Origin: Felis catus
Taxonomy: Eukaryota
Assembly (NCBI RefSeq): GCF_018350175.1
Contig: NC_058368.1
Span: forward strand, 68,946,001-69,010,000
DNA: 64,000 nucleotides
Direction of reading: 5' to 3'
Under the pieces are notes generated by a model, which was given only the letters and a program-made list of their open reading frames with translations, was not told the DNA's origin and did no database searches. The first letter of the stretch is position 1; the number at the start of each line of letters is the position of its first letter. A program made the translations under genes and the position numbers. Of the stretch, positions 23,990-33,372 are shown piece after piece.

Positions 23990-25850
23990 TAATCATTGCA
24001 AGGAATTGGTGCATTTCACCTAAGTTTCTCTTTCAGGAGCATATTCTTCCAATGCTACATTGTAGGGTCTGTAGTGATTTTTCCTATTTCATTCTGATAT
24101 CATTAATTTGTGTCCTTGTTTTCTTAGTGTGGCTAGAGGTTTGTCAATTCTACTGATGTGGAACTAGTTTTTTTAGTTTTCTATTTAGGTCTATTTCTAT
24201 TTAGATTTACTATATTGTTTTTCTGTCTTTGATTTATTTGATTTTTCCTATTATTTTTACTTTCTGCTTAATTTGGATTTATTTTGTGCTTTTTCTAGTT
24301 TCTTAATGTAGAAGCATAGATCACTGGCTTGAGACATTTCTTCTTTTCAAATATAGACATTTAATGCTATGATAGTTCTCTGTGACCTGCTTAACTGTGT
24401 CCCACAAATTTGGGTATTTTTTTATTTTCTTTCCATTAAATCTTTCCTAGTTTTCCTTGTGATGTCTTCTTTAAGCCATGGGTTATTTAGAAGTATATGG
24501 TTCAGTTTCCAAACATTTGTAAATTTTCTCATATCTTCCTGTTACTAATTTTTCATTTAATTCCATTATGGTCTGAGAACATATTTTGTATCATTTCAAT
24601 TGTTTGACATTTGTTACAGTTTTTATAGCCCAAATATGGTCTATCCTAGTAAATGTTCCAGGAGCACTTGGGAAGAATATATTCTGCTTTTGTTGCATGG
24701 AGTGTTTTATAAATGTTAGATAAATTGTTTAATAGCCTTTTGCACTGCTACACAGTTTCTACAGTTGTGGTCATCTTCCCAGCAAAGTGGGCAGAAGATA
24801 GAAAGGAGAAAAGAAAAAGAGAGGAACATACAGAGATTTCCCGTATAATCCCTGCCTACACATACATAGCCTCCCCCATTATCAACATCTCCCACCACAG
24901 TAGTACATTTGTGACAATTGATGAACCTGCATTGACACATCGTAATCACCCAAAGTCCACAGTTTACCTTAGAGTTTACTATTGGTGTTGTACATTCTGT
25001 GGATTTGGACGAATGTTTAATAACATGCATCCATCATTATGGTATCCTACGGAGTATTTTCACTGCCCTAAAAATACTGTGTTGCACCTGTTCATCCCTT
25101 CCCGTCTCCCACCCCAACTCCTGGCAACCTTTGATCTGTTAACTTGTCTCCATAGTTTTGTGTTTTGCAGAATATCATATAGCTGAAATCGTACAGTATG
25201 TAGTCTTTCCAGATTGGTTTCTTTCACTTAGTAATGTACATTTAGGGTTCCTCCCTGTCTTTTCATGGCTTGATAGCTGACTCCTTTTTACTGCTGAATG
25301 AAATCCCATTGTCTGGATGGACCACAGTTTATTTATCCATTCACCTACTGAAGGATATTGTGGTTGCTTCCAAATCTTGGCAATTATGTGTGAGGTTGCT
25401 ATAAACATCCATGTGCAGGTTTTTATGTGGACACAAGTTTTCAGCTCCTTTGGGTAAATACTTGGGATTGCTAGACTGCGTGGTAAGAGTATGTGTAGTT
25501 TTGTAGGAAACCACCCAAGTGGCTAAACATTTTGCATTCCCACCAGAAGTGAATGAGAGTTCCTATAGCTTCACATCCTTCAGCATTTGGTGGTGTCAGT
25601 GTTCTGGATTTTGGCCACTCTAGTAGGAGTGTAGCAGTATCTCATTGCTTTAATTTGCATTTCCCTGATGACATACGATGGTAGAGCATCTTTTCATATG
25701 TTTGTTTGCCACCTGTATATCTTCTTTGATGAGGTGTCTGTTAAGGTCTTCGACTGATTTTTTATTGGGTTGATGGTTTTCTTATTGTTGAGTTTCAAGA
25801 CTCCTTTGTGTGTTTTGGATAATAAATCCTTTATCAGATGTAAAAATATT
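23990..25850 (-). mobile_element. Two adjacent old LINE-1 fragments (ORF2 region 23990-24715; L1M-type 3' end 24760-25850)
   Basis: Minus ORFs MFIATSHIIAKIWKQPQYPSVGEWINKLW and LKLNNKKTINPIK are L1 ORF2-like; characteristic 3'UTR. Confidence 0.85.
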
Positions 25851-26920
25851 TTCTCCCTCAGTTGGTTTTTAATACGACATTTAAAATGTCTCAGTTGCAT
25901 TGTCATGATCAATTGGTCCCTCACAAACTACGAGGAATCAATTCTTCTGATACAGTGCCAGCTGTTAATTTCTAGGAAGGCAGATTATGTTTATTAACCT
26001 TGGTATGGAGTATCCCTGATAGCTTTGAATGTCTTTTTAGTGTCATTATTCTCCACGCTTAATTTTTGTATTACATTTACAGATTTCTCTCTCTTCTTCA
26101 GGATGCATTCTGAAACCAGCAGAAAGTCAGAGCAGAGGACTGTGGTTTCATTATTCAAGCTAAATTACCAGAAGTGCCCTTTTAAGATGAAATATTTGTC
26201 ACTTCAAAACAAGTCAGTCTAGAGGAAGAGAGCAGCCTTACTTAGCTCATGGTTTCCATCCTTACAAGAAGTATTGATATTTCGTGCTAGCAAGCTATGG
26301 TAGAAGCTGTCACCTCCTAGCCAAAAACAATCCTTTTTCTTCAGGACTGCCACAATACTTTACTGAAAGATTAAAAATATCAGTCCCACGGTTGCAGAAA
26401 CAGGCACTCTTAACTTACACACTACTGGTTGGAATACAACTTTTGGGATGCCAGTTAAGACTCTGTGTGTGTGCACAACAATCTGATGAACTTAGAAATG
26501 TGATTTTTCTGGCCCACCTACACACATATTACATATACCTTTGAGACAGAAATCACACGTCTAAGTGTAGCTCATCAGACTGCTGTTTATGTTAGTAAAA
26601 AAAAAATGAATCAGTAAAAAAAATGCATTAATGGGGAAGAAGTAATTAAATTATGGTACAGAGTATAGAGTCTATAAAATGTAATACTACTTAGCCATTA
26701 ATAAAACTTACATCATTTATTGAAATGGAAATTTTAAATATAATTGGTACAGTCTCCTTTTACAAAAACTAATATCTATGTTTATGCAGATTCATATAGG
26801 AAAATAGTCTGGAAGGATATATACCAGAAAGTTAGATTATTCTCATGGAAATGGGATTAAAAATGTCTTTCATTTTCCTCCTTACCTATTTAAATATCGC
26901 TGGGATTTTTATCATTATTA

Positions 26921-27452
26921 TGGCTGACCCTTGAACAGCATGGGTTTGAACAGTGCAGATCCACTTATATGCAGATTTTTTTCAATAAATAGAGTACAGT
27001 ACTGTAAACGTGTTTCCTCTTTCTTAGGATTTTTTTTTAAATTTTTTTAACGTTTATTTATTTCTGAAACAGAGAGAGAGAGACAGAGCATGAGCAGGAG
27101 TGGGGGAGAGAGAGAGGGAGGCACAGAATCTGAAACAGGCTCCAGGCTCTGAGCTGTCTGCACAGAGCCCGACGCGGGGCTTGAACCCACGGACCGCAAG
27201 ATCGTGACCTGAGCCGAAATCTGACGCTTAACCGACTGAGCCACCCAGGTGCCCCTCTTTCTTAGGATTTTCTTTTTTTAGCTTACTTTATTATAAGAAT
27301 AAAGTATATAATACATATAACAAAGTATGTGTTAAATGACTGCTTTTGTTATCAGTAAGGCTTCCAGTCAACAGTAGGCTACTAGCAGTTAAGTTTTGGG
27401 GGAGTCTGTGTGCTGTCAGCGCCCCAATTCCCACATTGTTCAGGGTCGACTG
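26921..27452 (+). mobile_element. TcMar-Tigger (Tigger2/MER28-like) non-autonomous element
   Basis: Terminal inverted repeats tggctgacccttgaacagcatgg / ccacattgttcagggtcgactg, flanked by TA on both sides. Confidence 0.8.
27030..27255 (-). mobile_element. Can-SINE inserted into the Tigger element
   Basis: TSD ctctttcttaggattt on both sides. Confidence 0.95.
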
Positions 27453-27845
27453 TACTTATTTAATTTGAGCAGGGAGAGGAGAAAGAAAACCTATTTGCAT
27501 TCTGGAGAAACAGATTTCTATATTCTAAAGGGTACAAGAACTAGGACCTATGGGAAGGGCCAAGATGTTACAAATGACAGCTCACGAGACAGGGATAAAC
27601 CTTTTAACACTGCCTTTTTAACACTAATGTTTAACAGAACTGACAGAAAGGACAGAATGGGTTGTTTGAGATATGAGTTCCGCATCACTAATGATGTTCA
27701 AATATAGCCATTTGGTGAGGTTGTCATGGAAGTGGTTGGAGCCTCGAGTGGTTTGACATTTTGCCTTGAGACTCTCTTGGTAGATGTGATTTTTAACATG
27801 AGGGGAAGGTTGACTAAGGGGACCTATAAAAATCTTCCTGATTTT

Positions 27846-28066
27846 GGGGCGCCTGGGTGGCTCAGTTGGTTGGGCGTCCGACTTTGGCTCAGGTCATGAT
27901 CTCGCGGTCCGTGAGTTCAAGCCCCGCGTCGGGCTCTGTGCTGACAGCTCAGAGCCTGGAGCCTGTTTCAGATTCTGTGTCTCCCTCTCTCTCTGACCTT
28001 CCCCCATTCATGCTCTGTCTCTCTCTGTCTCAAAAATGAATAAACGTTAAAAAAAATTAAAAAAAA
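27846..28066 (+). mobile_element. Can-SINE (young)
   Basis: TSD aaaaatcttcctgatttt. Confidence 0.95.
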
Positions 28067-28432
28067 AAATCTTCCTGATTTTCATTCCTGAATTCAGAGA
28101 CAATTGTACTTCAACCTGCTTGTGCAAAAGTGACTTAGAAGAATGCAGCATGACACAAACCGTGAGATCGTGACCTGAGCTGAATTCAAGAGTGGTAAGA
28201 GCCTAACCGCTTAACCGACTGAGCCACCCAGGCGCCTCAGCACGGCCTTCTTTTCATACGCTTCCCTCCAAAGGAAGTTAAAGGCGCTGACCGTAGTGGT
28301 TTCTGTCTACACCTTATCACTGGTGAATAAATGAAGGGAAGAAGGAATTGATTGATTCTGGATTTGCCGCAGTGGAAAACTATGAACTATGTCAACACAG
28401 TATGGTTTGAGGTCACGAAGCAACAGATTAGG

Positions 28433-28630
28433 CCAGTGTCTTCAAAACCCTGCTGACCCGCACGAGTAGTCTTCAGAGCTTACACGTGTAGATATATATT
28501 TTTTTAATAGCCTCTTTGTGGGTCTCTGGTCCCATAAGTTCAGATCCAGTAGGTCTGGAGTAGGGCCTGGGGATCAGTACTTTTTTTAATTCCCCAGTTA
28601 CTTTGGCAATTGGCCAAGTTTAGGAACAAC
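28433..28630. mobile_element. MER5-like hAT relic
   Basis: cagatccagtaggtctggagtagggcctgg...aagtttaggaacaac resembles MER5A. Confidence 0.55.
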
Positions 28631-29034
28631 CAGAAGTAAAACATACATACACACATACATATGCATACACACATATCAGGACAGTTACCAAAAAAGAGAA
28701 AACAACATGAGACTATTGGAAAGCCATTAAAAAACCACTGGAATCCATTGGCAAGCATCAAATGTTGTGAACTCTGTGAAGCTACCTCACTGAGAAGCCT
28801 GTCGGCATTCTACAGCCGAGTGATACTCAAGCCTGAGTGTCTGATGATCCATTCAGTGCATTAGGCAGAGCTGGTTTTATTCATCAATATGTCGTGTAAT
28901 CATGCTCATGAATACAATAAACACTGTAAAAATCATGTCGATAAAACAACTGTTTGCAGACTATAAACAAATATAAGATTATTTGAGCTGCATGACCATA
29001 ACCCTGCTCACGTTCTTAAAAGAAATACCAAGGA

Positions 29035-29260
29035 GGGGCGCCTGGGTGGCTGAGTCGGTTAAGTGTCTGACTCTTGATTTCAGCTCAGGTCATGATCTCA
29101 CGGTTCATGGGTTCGAGTCCCACATTGGGCTCTGTGCTAACAGCTCAGAGCCTGGAGCCTGCTTCAGATGCTGTGTCTCCCTCTCTCTGCACCTCCCCCA
29201 TTCTCTGTCTCCTCTCTCTCTCTCTCTCTCTCTCAAAAATAAACACTAAAAAAAAAAAAA
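29035..29260 (+). mobile_element. Can-SINE
   Basis: Head, (CT)n tract and A tail. Confidence 0.93.
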
Positions 29261-31689
29261 AGATCATCCTGTTGGGTGTTGTGCCAAGAAGAGTGCTAAG
29301 CTGTCAGCCATCACTTGGTCAATGATACGTACTGATTGTGGGAATGGCCCACTAGGTCCTGATTTTTAGCTTCGAAGCTGAAGCGCGCCTTGGAAACCTA
29401 GTCCAGCTCACTTTATAGTTCAAGAAACTGGGAACCAAGAGATGAAGTTAATTTGCTAAATTCACAGCACTAGCTAGAGGCAGTTCAGGGACCGGAGTCC
29501 TGGTCTGGCTTTGTTGGTTTTTCAGCACACCCTTGCTGGAGCAGGGAGCAGGGCTTCCCCACGCTCCCCCTCTGTTGCGTCAACACAGGGCTTTTTTGCT
29601 TTTTTCCCTTTGCCTTCTCACCCGCCCGCCTTGAGGAGGATCCTGGTTTCTCCAAATCTTACCCCCTCCACACAGGACCCGTCCCGTCAGCCCAACCCAA
29701 AGCCTCGCCTCCCCTTCCGCACAGGTAGCTGTATCTGGGGAAAGAAGGCTTTCCTGCTCTGCTTGCTCCTCTTCCCCTCCTGCTCAGCCCAGGGGACTGG
29801 AGAAGGCGAAGGCTGGCGGCAGGTGGCTGCTTCGTTCCTTGACTCGGGGTCAGTCTCTCCTGCCTGTCTGTCCTCAGGAACTCCTCACCTCCCTTCTGAC
29901 ACTTCGAGAAGCTGTGTCCTCGCAGCAGCGGGCAGGCGGGACAGGAAAGAAGCACCGCCCCGCGTTTCCCCAGCACTCGGGGCTTTCTAGGGCATCCTGT
30001 GAGCTTTACAGCAACCTGTGCGTTCAGTGGGAACAGATCCCCTGACTCCCTTTTTACCGACGAGGAAGTGACTACAGGTGAATACGGTGCAAGGTTTGCT
30101 CAGTCTTGCAGCCTCAGTGGCCGGGCTGGAAGCCGAGCCTCCAAATCCCAGTTTCGAATCTTTTCTGCGGTGTCATGTATTAATGTTAACAGCAAGAGAC
30201 ACAATTTCTCACCGTCTGCTATTCCGAGATGTAGAGAATACTTCTTTTTCCCGAAGACCTTTGAAAGAAAGTCTTCTGAGGACATCAGTCTGAATTGCTC
30301 CAGCCGATTTAGCATCTCGGTCTTAGAGAAGACCACTGACCATTCAGATAGTGATATAATGGCCAGGCTCTCTGCTACTAAACTGTCACCTTCACTGGAC
30401 AGTTAACTAAATGCTGTAACATACGGACTTATGTTTGCAGTGTTCTCGTTGCCCTTTTGAGAATCCGTTGGCAACATTTATTCAGATTCTTGATTCAAAC
30501 GGTGCGTGATACAACTGCTAATGATTTGATATGTTTGCAAGTTTTGAAAATCCACACAGCTGTAGCGTTTAGTTAGAAGTGTAAGAACTATTTCTTTACC
30601 TATAAAACATGATTTCATACTTTATTTAAACTAAAAACATAGTCTCTAAAACACTTACTGCTTGACTAATAAGAGAAAGTGATGTCATCACTTTCCCTGT
30701 CAAGGATGGTCCACAGAGATTGAAATTAATTTTTAACCCGATTAAATTCAACCAATACATTTTTCGGGATTGTATTCATGTTTATGTTCTTTCCCTGCCA
30801 AACAAGGTGATTTAAAGTAACGCTGCGGTGTATATACTCTCATAAGGAAAACCGAAATGCAGTTAAAAGCTTGCGAGTAAAATAAGTTCGGAAGGCTGAG
30901 AGGGCTCATATGCAAAGCAGCTGGTCCGCAGTGTTTGTAATGCAGCTTCACCTTGCTGCCACTTGTCCTTGCAGAGGCCACCGGGCACACGTAATTGTTT
31001 GTAGGGAAGAGTCCTAGAAGGTGTGAAAAACCCGAGTGTCGTACGGCCAGAGCTCGCAGTAGGATCTGAGGCCACAAAGCACAAGGCCCAGCTGGGCCAC
31101 AGTAAATTCAGATAAAGCCACTGATACACATTGGAGTTTGTCCAAATCCATTTCCTGCAGAAGAATACCCAAGTTCTAGATTTACCTTTGATACGGTTGT
31201 CCCCACACATTTTTAAGTTGTTTTTATGTTCCAGATTGCTAAGTGGCGCACGGCTGGGAGCCCTCTTGTTGAAACAGTTCTCAGTTTGACCGAGTGCCAG
31301 AGACAGAAGTGAGACTCTGGTGGGAATATAGTTTGTTTTACAAGCGTGAGTGAGGGGAGAGAACCAATTTCACCGAGTGAGGAGACCGTGGAAGGATTCT
31401 CACTCATATTAACCACCGGCCCAGCACTCAGTTTCCTGAATGATAAAAACTCTGTACGAACCCCACCTCAGTGAAGTCCTATGTGGTAGTTTTCTCTTCT
31501 GATGGAATGGCCGCGTCCTGTCATATTTGTTATCCTTATGTGCAATGGTGTGGTTTACTTCCTTTATAGATTAGAGATGCATTCTGCTTAGAGGAAGGTA
31601 CACACACATACACACACACACACATACACACACACACACAGACACACTGATTTATACTAAAATCACGAGAAGCTTTTAAAATGATGTTT

Positions 31690-31910
31690 GGGGCACTTGG
31701 GTAGCTCAGGTGATTAAGCATCTGACTCTTGATTTCGGCTCAGGTTGTGATCTCATGGTTCATGAGATCAAGCCCCTGTCCGGCTGTGCACTAACAGCGT
31801 GGAGCCTGCTTGGGATTCTCTCTCTTCCCGGCTCTCTGCCTCTTCCCTGCTCATGCTCTCTTGCTCTCTCTCTAAAAAATACATAAACTTAAAAAAATTA
31901 GAAAATAAAT
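31690..31910 (+). mobile_element. Can-SINE
   Basis: TSD aaatgatgttt. Confidence 0.92.
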
Positions 31911-32164
31911 AAATGATGTTTAAAGTAAAATTGATAGCCTTAGGAAAATATATTAGCAACATTTCTTAGAACAAACATAAACAATATTAGTAAATAACTA
32001 TGCAGAGTAGCACCATGTATTTTTACACTGAGTAACCATCGTAAAGAGAATCGATCAGCTTTAGGTATCAAAATGATTTAGGGCCTTTTTACTTTGTTCT
32101 TTTCATACCGTTTTGTTATCCTTATTAGTCTAGCTTTTTTCCAGATGTCATAACTCACAGACGC

Positions 32165-32492
32165 CTTATCTTTGTCTGGCTGCTATAACAAAAAACCTCA
32201 GAATGTGGGGCTTAAACAACAGTTTGGAGGCAGGAAGTCCAAGATCAAGCCTCTGCCAGCTTCTGTGTGTGCTGAGGGCCCGCTTCACTCGTTCTTAGAC
32301 TCATCTTTTTGCTGAGTCCTCACATAGGGTCGGGGCAAGGGAGCACTCCCCTATCTCTTTTCCATATAAAAGGGCACCAATCCCATCCATGATGAAATCA
32401 CTGCCCCCAAGCCCCAAACTCTTAAATACAGTCACAGTGGGGCTTAGGCTTCAACACTGGGAAGAAGGGGGCACAAACATTCGGCCTATGGC
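32165..32492 (-). mobile_element. MaLR MLT1-like LTR
   Basis: ctgctataacaaaa...ggcttaaacaac...ggaagtccaagatcaag ... ggcttcaaca...acaaacattc. Confidence 0.7.
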
Positions 32493-33134
32493 ACACTTGT
32501 GCTGGTTAGGAAGGAAGGGACGGCATCAAATAAAGCTAATGACTGAAATGTTTACTCCTTGCGGGTTGAAAAGAACCATGATGTCTTTCAACTGGCTAAT
32601 CTGGAACAGTTTTATCAAAGGGATAGAATGTAGTCATATTTGATAGTTTCCATCCTAATGATTTCTACTGTCTTTTGTCTTAGGAACTATTCCAACATGA
32701 CCAGTTTTGTATATTTATGGAGCGGAGTAAAATGCTGACAATTATAAATCATTTGCTTGCTCAGTAGAGCTATTACTTCATCAACCGAAATTTTGAGTAA
32801 GCATCTCTTAGAATGGAAAAAGTTTAAATTAAGCCACCTAACAGGATTTATTCTGAGATTCTGAGAATAATTTTCCAAATATATCTGGAAAGGTAAATTG
32901 ATTTTCGAAGCTGTATAATTGATTCATGTAAAGCCTCGTTTCCAAAACCCCATTTACTATCCACTGTGAGGGCAGCACCTGAATGCCCTCAGGGAGATGT
33001 CAAGCCAAGTGAGGCAAATGACGTTTCGGGCAACTAAAGAGAATGTGGTAGAATAGAATGAAAAGAGAGAAGATACGTTTTAGCCTCTTAGTGCCAACTT
33101 TTACAGTGTCTGTGTCTCGTTTGCTCTCTTGTAG

Positions 33135-33372
33135 GTATGAGAAAGTGCCAGTCATCTTGGTTGGGAACAAAGTGGACCTGGAAAGTGAGAGGGAGGTGTC
33201 ATCCAACGAAGGCAGGGCCCTCGCCGAAGAGTGGGGCTGCCCCTTTATGGAGACTTCTGCGAAGAGCAAAACGATGGTGGACGAACTCTTTGCCGAAATC
33301 GTGAGGCAGATGAACTACGCCGCGCAGCCTGACAAAGACGACCCGTGCTGTTCCGCCTGTAACATCCAATAG
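33135..33372 (+). CDS. RAP2A: Ras-related protein Rap-2a, coding exon 2 (to stop TAG)
   Basis: Acceptor ctctcttgtag|[23 protein letters not shown]...ETSAK...[11 protein letters not shown]. 314+238=552 nt = 183 aa. The CNIQ CAAX box with an upstream CC pair distinguishes RAP2A from RAP2B/RAP2C. Confidence 0.98.

Larger units (their letters stand above)
12561..31435 (-). pseudogene. Candidate decayed multi-exon EGF/SEA-domain type I membrane protein gene, nested antisense in the RAP2A intron
   Basis: Exon-like segments at 31186-31435, ~30900-31154, 30213-30559, 26242-26362, 19253-19626, ~15520-15570, 14962-15217, 14408-14472 and 12561-12755; most have AG/GT ends and show domain-like motifs with stops/frameshifts (see findings). 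No database confirmation. Confidence 0.55.
1590..33134 (+). other. RAP2A: RAP2A single intron (31,545 bp, GT-AG)
   Basis: Bounded by gtgaga donor and polypyrimidine-tag acceptor that join the two coding exons in frame. Confidence 0.95.

Noticed and set aside
33058..33134. ATG-led extension of the exon 2 ORF (MKREKIRF...)
   Set aside because: Intronic sequence upstream of the canonical acceptor; the RAP2A match begins at YEKVP.
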